DNA of 64,000 nt from Azolla caroliniana (Eukaryota; Plantae; Polypodiophyta). Location of the stretch: positions 13,888,001 to 13,952,000 of the forward strand of contig JBHGNT010000015.1 of the NCBI GenBank assembly GCA_043228905.1, given 5' to 3'. Position numbers and translations under genes: made by a program. Shown piece after piece: positions 36,201 through 47,059 of the stretch. The first letter of the stretch is position 1, and each line of letters begins with the position of its first letter. A model generated the notes under the pieces. It saw only the letters and a list, made by a program, of their open reading frames with translations. It was not told where the DNA came from and searched no databases.

Positions 36201-38301
36201 TGGATGAAGGACTTCATTAAAGAGCTCGGTATCTGGTAGGAGGAGTACCGACTCTACTGCGACAGTCAGAGTGCAATCCACCTTGCGAAGAACGCGGCCT
36301 ATCACTCCCGGACGAAGCACATCCAGCGAAGATATCACTGGATCCGGGAAAGGATAGAAGACAAGGAGTTCGTGCTGACGAAGATCCACACGGACGAGAA
36401 CGGGTCGGATATGCTGACCAAGGTGCTCACACCCGACAAGCTGGAAGCATGCCGGAAGAGGATCGGATTGGAAAGACATCCCATGCCGAAGTGAAGGGGG
36501 AGTTTGTTGGGATTACGGTCCCTTCGGATGGGATGGTCGGATGTTGGAGATGAATGCCGACGAGGCCGATTTCGGTTTCGGAACCGGATGATGAAGACCC
36601 CGGCTTCGGAGCCGGATGACGAATGTACCCGAAGAGAGATCCGGATGCGGGGACATATCCGTGAATATGTTTGCTAAGGGCCCTTGAGGCTATAGTTGTA
36701 AATAGCCCTAAAGTCATATGTGTATAAATATGACTTAGGGCAAACAGTTTTATGTTGCTTCTTATTTTTTCTGTTTTTCCACTCAAGAGGAGTGAAGAGA
36801 GAGCAGCCGTGAGAGAGAGATAGAGCGTGAGAGAGGAAGAGGTCGACGCCTCTGTGTATTTCCGCCGCCTGTGGCGAGGACAGCGAGCTCAAGGTCGTCG
36901 CCTTGTAGCTCGCCATTGTATACTTCTCTGTGCATAGTTTTGGTTCGGAGTCTTGTACTCCCGTGGTTTTTCCCGTACAGGGTTTTCCACGATAAATCGT
37001 GTGTCCACTCTATTTTTCGCATTTCCCATTTTTCTGCAACAACGATTCGTGTGTTTCCTTGGTTGTGGCCGAGAGGTGAAGTTCGGAAAGTTTCGATTAT
37101 TTCCATCAGTGTACCTGTGGAACAGGAGGGTGCACACTAACGTGACTCGAAGAGCCTTAGAGCTGAATATCAGACGAGGAGGAATGAAAAGGCTGATGGA
37201 AGAAGCGGCGGCGCACCATGCAGAGACCATCCACTACTCGGTGTCGGCAGGAATCCAGGTCAGGAGTGACGAAGGCCAAAAGACGAAGGACTCTAGGTTC
37301 TGGCCATTGGTGCTAGAAGGCCTCGTCGGCGTGCAGTTGAGGAAGGAGGAAGCGGACCGAGCGGAAAGACGGGTCCGAGAGGTCACTGGCTGGAGCGATC
37401 CGGTCGAGGAAAAGACCAGCTTCGTGGAAGCAGCGTGCCAGAACTACGAGGTTCTGGTAGAAGACAAGCGTGCGGGGAAGGCCGGAGGGGCCGGACCCTC
37501 GCAACGGTACGAGACCCGGTTCGGGCCGAAGCAGAATGACGCCGGTACTCGCGGCACACTGGATAAGGCAAAGAAAGCCAATTACCGGTTGAACACCGAG
37601 ATAGAAAGAATGACGGACCTGTGGAAGGTCCTTGAGGAACGAATCCTTGACAAACAGGTGGAGTTGTCGCTGAGGGAAGTGCTTGGGATCGCCAAGAAAG
37701 AACTCCATGACTCCTTCGTGGACCTAGTGAAGCGGAAAAGGCTTTCGACGGAGCCGGAGCCGGAGCCAGAGAAGCCGGTGGAGGTGTGAACAACGCACCA
37801 GGAAGACATGGCCCTGGAAGACGAGTTGGCGGAAAGCCACTATTCGAAGTTGCACTGAGCAAGAGCCACTACGGAGACCCCGGTTAGGATGAGAGATGTC
37901 TAGGAGCCAGTGGTGGCGTTGGTAGACCACGATTCGGAGATCAACCTAATGTTTATGAACTTCTACCAGAAGGGAAAGTGGCCGATCAACACCAAGCATA
38001 GGTGGAAAATACGAGCGGCGACATGCGCCATGGAGGAGCTACACGGGGCCTGCCCAAATGTACGGGTGAAGATCGGCGATGTCGAGATTGACCAACACTT
38101 CTTCGTGCAGGGGACATCCCCGCATCCGGTGATACTCAGAGAACCATACATTACGACAACACGCATGGAGACGAAGGTGCTGGATAATGGTTTAGCATAC
38201 GCACACGTGAAGAACCAAGATGGGCGACACTCTGTCCAATTTCTGACGGTGTGACTGAACCACGAGCGCAACCGTGAGACCCTTGGCGGTGGAAGCCAGG
38301 G
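30219..38301 (+). mobile_element. 5' part of a Ty3/gypsy element: LTR 30219-30850, tRNA-Trp-type PBS, gag with zinc knuckle, protease; split by a copia insertion
   Basis: LTR TGTCGT..ACGACA with TATAAAA; PBS TGGTGAACCCGATGTGA 30856-30872; gag RFNGKDA..; CLWCDAVGHVRKDC; protease ALVDHDSEINLM. The frame ANVVY|LWNR is restored when 31812-37113 is removed. Confidence 0.85.
31812..37108 (+). mobile_element. Full-length young Ty1/copia retrotransposon (Tork/Tnt1-like)
   Basis: 604-bp LTRs 31812-32415 and 36505-37108 (two substitutions seen by eye); TSD GTGTA; PBS TGGTATCAGAGC (tRNA-iMet) at 32419; PPT gaagtgaagggggag; gag CFHCGKPGHFRKNC, protease VVDSGASFH, integrase, RT YVDDML, RNase H. Disabled by a frameshift near 34860 and TAG stops at 35454 and 36237. 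Confidence 0.97.
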
Positions 38302-41085
38302 GGAGTTCGTTACCTTCTTCTCTGACTCCCAATCGAGAATGGTCCTGTCTTCCATGAAGACTATGTCCCGACTCTGGAACACCTTTCTGTCGACCAGATC
38401 CCACACCCAGTAACCAAACTCATCATCGCCGTATCCAAGGAATATGCATGGCGAAGACTTTGTATCCAACTTTGCTCTCTTGTGCTTCGCCACATGCACG
38501 TATGTGAGACACCCGAACACCTTCAGATGCTAGTAAGACACATCCTTACCAGTCCATACTTTCTGCGGGGAGTGTCCATCCAAGGGTACAGAGGGTGATC
38601 TGTTTATCACATAAGCCGCCGTCATCAGCGCCTCAGCCCAAAACGTCTTGGGTAACTTTGCATGTGCCAGCATGCTCCGGACTCTCTCCATCACGGTCTG
38701 GTTCATCCTTTCGGCCAACCCGTTTAGTTTGGGCGTCTTCGGTACGGTGAATTCGAGCCGGATTCCCTTCCACCGGTAGTACTCCTCGAATTTCCCCCGA
38801 TATTCTTCTTTGTTATTTGCTCGAACCGCCTTTAGCTTCCGACTGGTTTCTCTTTCCACTCTCGTGTGAAGCTCCTTGAAGACGGATAGCACCTGATCCT
38901 TTGTCTTCAACGGTGAGACCCACAACTTCCGGCTGTGGTCATCTATGAATGTCACAAAGTATTGCAATCCAGCATGTGACTTCGTGTCTACTTGACACAC
39001 ATCGGTATGCACGAGCTCCAGTGGTGCATTCCGTCTCATCGGTGGTCTTGACCAAAAGGAGGTTCGGTTTTGCTTGCCGGCCAGGCAGTCGGTGCACTTC
39101 TCAAGTTGCACGTCCTCCACCAGAATGAGGTTGTCTTCGGCAAGCCTCTTCATCCCCTTCTCACTCATGTGAGACAATCTTTTGTGCCACAACTCACCGG
39201 CAGTGTCGGATGCTATGTTCACTTCTTCCCGACATATCCGGGCATGCATCAAGTACAATGTGTTGACCTTCCGGGCTCGAGCCACTATTAAGCTCCCTTT
39301 GCAGAACTTCATGACACCATTCCAGATGCTACCTATGTAGCCTTCATCATCTAGTTGACCGGCTGATATCAGGTTCAGTCGAACCTCCGGAACATGTCGG
39401 ACATCCTTCAGTAGCAACTTGCATCCGGTTGATGTCATGAACATCACATCTCCTATGCCGATAATTCGGCATGTCTCTTCATTCCCCATCCGGACACAAC
39501 TTTGCTCACCGGCTATGTAGGATGAGAAGCATTTCCAGTCAGGTGGAACGACGCTCCGGAATCGACAACCCACGTTGTCTCGTCGATGGCAAGGTTCAAC
39601 TCACTCTCCTCGGTGATGAGCATTAGTTCTTCTTCACTTCTCGTGATTACCGTCGTTCTCTTCCGGTCCGGGCCTCGCCGATCCGAACTGTTTCAGTTTG
39701 GTGACTTCTTCGAGTCGGTACTGTCAGTTCCCTTGTCTTTCTGGAAATGCCGACAGTTCTTCTAGAAGTGCCTAGGCTTGCCGCAATAGAAGCAAGTGGG
39801 CCTCCCCCTTGACTTTGGCCGTGTCCCCGATTTTTCCCAGTTGTGGGGACTCCGATTCCTTTGTCTTCAACGCTCCGATTTGCTAATAAGGTCTTTGGCG
39901 TCGGAGATCGCCTCCTTATCTTTCCGACGCGCCTCCTCATCTAGCAAGCTTGACTTGACTCTTGTTAGCGATAACTGTTTTCCTTCCGGCCCAGCGTTGC
40001 CCAACGTGACAACTAACGTCTCCCAGCTATCCCGGAGGGAACCGAGCAGGAGTAGAGCAAGTACGTCATCACCGAGAGGTACTTCCAACGATGTTGTTTG
40101 GTGTATCAGCCCCTGGAAGGTATTAATGTGCTCCGCCATATTGGAGTCGTGTTGCTACCGGAGCCTCGCCAGCTTCCGAAATACAGAAACCCGATTAATG
40201 GCATTCTAGTTCTGGAACATGATGCCGATCTTCTCCTAGAGTTCATGAACCTTGCTCTCTTCATTGAAGTTATTGTACAAGCTCATGTCAATGAAACACC
40301 GGATGTATGCCGTCGTCTTCATGTGCATTACCTCCCACACTGTGGCATCGATCTTGTCCATTCTCTTATCCCTGAACTGAACTGGCAACCAGAGATCTAT
40401 GACCACTAGCATATCCCTCATCTTCGACTTCCACACTGAGTAGTTGGAGCCGGTGAGCTTGACCATGCCATCAAACGATTCTTCCATTTCCTATGTTGTA
40501 TGCTCTGATACCAGTTTGTTGCACAACGCGGAATATGGCTCGGCCACAACCGAGTCTTCGATCGTTTCGTTTTGAATCAGACACCAAGAATGGGAATGGA
40601 GGAGAAACACACGTGCACGCAGACAACAAGTGACAAGAGAGAGTGCACAGGATGTTTACGTGGAAAACCCTAAACGGGAAAAACCACGGGAGCTCGCAAG
40701 CTCCAAACTATTACAATGTCTTAGAGGAATACAACTGGGGAACACCGAGGCAACGACCTCGTGGACCCAGTCTTCGCCTGGCGGTGGTTACAATAGAGAC
40801 TCACTCTATCTCTCTCTCTCTCTATATATATAACAGTTACAACAAAAAAGCAACACATCCAATCTACCACTAAAGTGATTGCCCTAAGTCATATTTATAG
40901 TTATATGAACTTACGGCTATTTACAAATATAGCATCAATAGGATTATTGAAGACACATTTACAAATCTGTCTTCTCTTTCGGTTCTAACCAAGTCCACCA
41001 ATCCCGTTTACGGATCTCTTCCGGTTCTCACCGGGTCCTCTTTACTCATCACCGGATCCCATCTGGAGGGACCAATTTCCCAACA
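38302..41085 (-). mobile_element. 5' half of a related Tork-like copia element (LTR 40517-41085, Met PBS, gag, protease, integrase)
   Basis: gctctgatacca at 40502-40513; gag MEESFDGMVKLTGSNYSVWK; integrase ORF 38530-39573 closely similar to the 31812 element; truncated after the integrase. Confidence 0.92.
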
Positions 41086-44000
41086 CCTCCAACCCTTGCG
41101 AAACCTAAAAGGAGATCCGATTACAAAGCTACATACAAGTAAAACAGTCAACCTGAAAAGAGCCTTAATTTGAATTATTTAACTTACTGATTTTAATAAC
41201 TTGACATTTTCAGACAACCACTCCAAGTAAGTCTGCACAGATCCTTGAGGCTTTTCAATATTTGGATCTTCAATACTTGTGAACAACATTTGAGGTAGAA
41301 TTGTATCCTTCGTAGCAAATACGACATCAAGAGCTGACATAACATACGTCAAAAGGTCTACACGGGCCCTAATGCTATGTTGTTGTTCTTCCATTGGCAA
41401 ATTGCTAGAGGAGCCTTTAGATTTTGCATCTTCTAAGAACTTATTTGCAGCTTCATTCAAGGATTTCACCTATAAAACACAAAAATCAACCAAATCAATA
41501 TACACTTTTTCCAAAATTGTAAGAAAAACGTATATTTACATCAAGCAATAACCAAAAAAACACACAAGCAATATTTACTTGCAAATAGAAAATAAAATGT
41601 GTACAAAAAACAAGGGTTTTGGATTTTACCTTGGCAATGTACCAATCTAATGATGTTCGAAGTGCATACACATAAATATTTAGAGGATATGGAGGACCAC
41701 CTCGTAATATATCATCGGCCATAGAGTGTGCAAGATTCGTGTAGATTTCAAACTATCTCCTTTGCGTCAAAAAATAAGAGAGATTTTTGCTCTATCTGAA
41801 GGATCATAAGGTTTCCAAGTGAGAAGATCAAAACATTATACTCCATTGAAATTCTTGGGGTTGGAGTAGAGGCGAAATGCTGAACAAAAGCCTTCTAAAT
41901 GAAACATTTAAAAGGCAAGTAAAACCCTCCTCCTTCATTAAATTGGAAATGGCAGATCGAATGGGGCATATGCAGCCTCCCTATTAATACACATGAAATG
42001 GGGCATCTTCCCAACCTGTAGGTGAAGGAGGATGCACAGAGTCCACAACACGTGATGATGAAACTCCACATGATGCAATTTCAACGCAATTATCAACATA
42101 AACCTCCATAGCTACTGTAGGAATCTCATGGAATGGTGGCAGAGAGATTCATGGCCAGAAGAAACGGCTAATGCGACTAACAGACCATGGGTGTTCATGT
42201 CGGTCATCAGCTAATACCTCCAGAATAGAGATTCGTGGCCAAACAAAACAACAGACAACATGATGAAGAGATGATGGCCCTTCATAAGGTAAAACATGCC
42301 TTAGGAAGAGGTGTATACAATAATACAAACGAAGCATGGGCAGTCTATTTAGGTGTGGGCCGAAGTAGTACATACACGCAAGCAGAACGACCAAAAGAAT
42401 TAGAGAGAGAGAGAGAGAGAGGGAGTACCTAGGTCCTGGTAGCCATGGTGTGACAACAAGTGAAGAATCAAGCTTTGTAGAAAAAAAAAGGGCAAGAGGG
42501 GGGGAAATGGAGGGAAAAAGAGGGGAAAAGAGGGGGAAAAAAAGAGGCAAAAAAGGGAGGGGAAAAGGGGATGAAAAGGTAGAAAGAGGAGGGACATGAA
42601 ATTCAACATAACTACTATGTACATGTAAAACGTTTTTCTTTTCGACATTTCTTTATATGAAAATACATAAATAACCGGCTCTAAAAATATGAAACGGCTA
42701 GATTCCGGATTTTGGGAAATTCTAGCCGGAATCAATTCTGGCTCTCTCACACCTTGGCCGACAAAAGTCCCAATTCAACCAGAACATGAACACTGGTGAA
42801 ATCCACATATCCAGCAAAACATCAAAAACTAGCACGTACATCGAGATCAATTGGACGTCTAAAATCTGCAAATGCCACGTTCATAGCCACACATTAAAAC
42901 ATAAACATGTTAAGAAACCAAAACAAAGGAGCCATTTAACGTGTGAACCAGAAAAATAGAAAAAGGCCACTACACAAAACCGTCAGAATTTTTTTTTCTT
43001 TCACAACATTGCATTATGACGATTCATCAACAAATCAATCCCATCAATTTCAAGACTTTGTAAGCAACACCCAACAAGAAAACTAATAAAAGAGAAACTA
43101 TCCCAACATATGTCAATGAATGAGAATTGACCATCTTTAATATCAATATAGAGGGTCGGATAACGAAAAAAGATCATCAATAAGAAACCGAAGCAGGTAA
43201 GGGCAAGTTGCAACTCATTGATTTTGTTACCTTTCTCCTCCTGAAGGAATGATCGGCATAATAAAAGGTCAACACATAATCCAAAAGGTCATGAACACGA
43301 GAGGTTTGATACCTTCTTAATAGAAACATGACGATCATAAACCTCCAACCCTTGCGAAACCTAAAAGGAGATCAGATAACAAAGCTATATACAAGCAAAA
43401 CACTCAACCTGAAAAGAGCCTTAATTTGAATTATTTAACTTACTGATTTTAATAACTTGACATTTTCAGACAAGCACTCCAAGTAAGTCTACAAATATCC
43501 TTGAAGTTTTTCAATATTTGGATCTTCAATACTTGTGAACAACATTTGAGGTAGAATTATATCCTTCGCAGCAAATACGGCATCAAGGGCTGACACAACA
43601 TACATCAAAGAGATCTACACAGGCCCTAATGCTTTGTTCTTGTTCTTCCATTGCCAAACTCCTAGAGGAGCCTTTAGATTTTGCATCCTCTAAGAACTTA
43701 TTTGCAGCTTCATTCAAGGATTTTGCCTATAAAACACAAAAATCAACCAAATCAATATACACTTTTTCCAAAATTGTAAGAAAAACGTATATTTACATCA
43801 AGCAATAACCAAAAAAACACAGAAGTAGTTGCTTGCACATAGAAAACAAAATGTGTACAGAAAACAAGGGTTTTGGATTTTACCTTACTAATGTACCAAT
43901 CTAATGATGTTCGAAGTGCATATACATAAATATTTAGAGGATATGGAGCACCACCTCGTAATATAGCATTGGCAATAGAGAGTGCAAGATTTGTGTAGAT

Positions 44001-46400
44001 TTCAGACTATCTCCTTTGTGTCAAAAAATAAGAGAGATTTTTGCTCTGTTTGAAGAATCATAAGGTTTCCAAGTGAGAAGATCAAAACATTATACTCCAT
44101 TGAAATTCTTGGGGTTGGAGGTAGAGGCGAAATGCTAAACAAAAGCCTCCTTGGGGTTGGAGGTAGAGACCTACAATATTTGTTATCAAGATGGTACTAA
44201 CTATTTTCCTTTTAATGTGAACACAACAATGCTTGACATTCAAACAACATCCTAAACTTTTAATAAAAAAATTGACCAATGTCGAAGATTATTGCATATA
44301 CAAACTTTACAACATTAACATAATCAAGTACCAGAAAACAAGTATGAAGATTTATAATCTGTCATATACATTTGTTATATTGCAAGCATAGTCCTTGCTT
44401 TCATATACAAGAAACAATTTGACAAATCAATCGAATAATCAAATCTAGCATGATAATCAAATTAGGTTGAAAAAAGAAAGTAGATAAAGAGATTGAAATG
44501 TAAAAGTTTTGACATCAATGCAAACATTACCTTCAATGATGGTCGTGGGGTGCATGTATTTCACTTTAAATTTTTTTGCTTCTTGTAAAAGTTCCCCTTC
44601 TAGAACGACCATTGGCATTGTCCCATCTCCAACCTCATCATCTTGAACTACAATATAATTGTATAGACAAGAACGCTAGATGACAAGAAGCTTAAACATT
44701 TCATGTTTGCTCCTTAAAATGAGAGCTCCAAAATAAGATTGACACATCCTTCACTAAAATAACAATGTATTTATAAGATTGACACATCATTCCCTACTAG
44801 AAATATTTATAAATTATATTTATAAGGTATTATCTCACAAATTCCACTACATAAAGTGAAATATTTAGTTCTAACATGAGGCTTGTATTACTTAGAGTGT
44901 TTGTTGAATGGAAATAAAACATTTCTAAAAGAAAATGTGCAGTTGTTTTGTTAGCTTATTGATCAGTGATAAGTATTTTTCTACTCAACTCCGGTGAGAT
45001 TGCAGTGTTTTCCCATGGTTTCCTATTATATTTTATGCATAAAAACAGAAGACTTCGAGAAATATTTCCCAAAGAATGCTATCCAAAACAAAATACAAAG
45101 ATAATTATGTTAAGGAACAAGCAACTAACTCAACTAACTTGCAATTTTGCAACTAGATTGTTAATGTGGAGAGATTTCCAGATAGTAGCTCCATTATTCA
45201 TAAGATTAATTGTGTGGCCTCTTCCAGTGGACTGCAAAATCTTAACCTACTCACAAAGGAAAAAACCAAACATAAATCATAAGTTTTGCAATAACCTATC
45301 ACAGTTGAGGTGGTGATTGACCCGAGAGAAAGACAACAAATAATCAAACAACATTTGATAGACAATGGAGAAAGAGACATAGAAAGAATTGAGCAAGAGA
45401 GGGAAAAGAGAAAGTTTTACGTGAGAATAGAAACAGACAGAGCGTGCGCGATAGTGCAACAAAAAGAAGGAAGGCATTCCTTAGAAAGAGCAAGAAGAAG
45501 AAAAGCATGCCTTATAAAGAGGTGTATACAATAATACAAACAAAGCATGGGCAGTCTATTCAAGTGTGGGCTGAAGTAGTACATACACACAAGAAGAACG
45601 AACAAAAGAATTAGAGAGAGAGAGAGGGAGAGAGAGGGAGTACTTGGGTCCTGGTAGCCATGGTGTGAGAGCAAGTGGAGTATCAAGCTCTGCAGAATAA
45701 AAAGGGGGCAAGAGGGGGGGGGAAGGGAGGGAAAAAGAGGGGGGAAGAGAGGGGGGAAAAAAGAGGGGGAAAGGGGATGAAAAGGGAGAAAGAGGAGGGA
45801 CACGGAATTCAACATAACTACTATGTACATGTAAAACGTTTTTTTTTTCTACATTTTTTTATATGAAAATACATAAATAGCCGGCTTTAAAAATATGAAC
45901 TGGCTAGATTTCAGATTTTGGGAAATTCTAGCCGGAATCAATTCCGGCTCTCTCCCACCTTGGCCGGCAAAAGTCCCAATTCAATTGGAACACTAACATT
46001 GTTCCTGGGACTTTGCCCAACACTTGTCCCAAACAGTCCAAAAAAATGTCATCATCTCAAACAAGTGATACGGATTACAATAGCATTTGGCATCAAGCTC
46101 AATTCGGTAATAAATGACGAATATTTCTGAGAGAAAGCATAAGAAGAAGGGCAATTCTTACCCTCCAGAAGTGTCGACAACAGACTGCAAAAGTCTCGTG
46201 CGGATGAAACTTATTCCAGTAGCACTTCGCAATAATCTGTGTGTAAGCACGAGTCAGTAATAAATTACAAATGTGTATGAGAGAAAGCATAAGAAGAACG
46301 ACATTTCTTACCCTTGACGAATATCTCTGGCCAGAAACAAGGTCAACTCTTAGCCTCATAGCAAAAGGAGAAGAGATTGGAGAATGGAAGGGCGGTACTT
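41086..46400 (-). pseudogene. Tandemly duplicated, spliced-looking pseudogene or TE-carried block of unknown product
   Basis: 41086-41870 matches about 43342-44125, and 42295-42790 matches about 45505-45990. Minus-strand exon-like pieces have AG/GT borders (e.g. ..YALRTSLDWYIAK|gtaaaa and ..ENVKLLKS|gtaagt) but contain stops and frameshifts. Confidence 0.5.
44531..45246 (-). pseudogene. CCT2: Two-exon fragment of chaperonin T-complex protein 1 subunit beta
   Basis: 45135-45246 reads KILQSTGRGHTINLMNNGATIWKSLHINNLVAK (cf. DKILQSTGRG..VTNDGATILKSLHIDNPAAK). 44531-44647 reads [34 protein letters not shown]|gtaatg (cf. [35 protein letters not shown]). Confidence 0.85.
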
Positions 46401-47059
46401 GAAGGCAAGGGTTAGAGAATGGGTTGGGGACGCCAATGGCTTCGTTGGCGGGGCTGTTGCTGAATATCAGTGTTCGCGTAGGCAAGCGTTCGCTGCTGTA
46501 TCGATCGATGTAGGAAATGGAATGAAATTAAACAAATTAAAAGAAAAAGGTTCAAAATCTACAGGCTACTTTGCATTTTTCTCCATTGAAGAAGCAAAAC
46601 TACACTATAAGCATTGTTCACTACTGCACTTACTCATGAACTCATATTTAAAACACATCATGTGATTATAACTCTATTTCTTGCTTTAAATGAGATGTTG
46701 TTTCCATATGAAAGAATGGTAGTGATTCAAATATGAGTGTGTTACATGGTTTAAATATCAAATCACTTGATATAATGTTACTGTGAATACGGATCACAAT
46801 ATGAGTTGATCAAATAAAATAATCTAACGTATGTGCTATGAATTTGGAGAAAACAAATATGAGATATGTGCTATGAATCTAACGTCATTTTAGACTAGGA
46901 TTAACATTCTTACCATTCTTGACGATAGGTTCAGATGGAATTATACGATTCCATCATTTTTCCTTTTGAAACTGTAAATATTGGAAGCTTTTTTAAATTT
47001 TTTCACTATGGAGTATGTTATGAGTATGGTTATCAACTTTCTAATAGTATGTTTATGAA

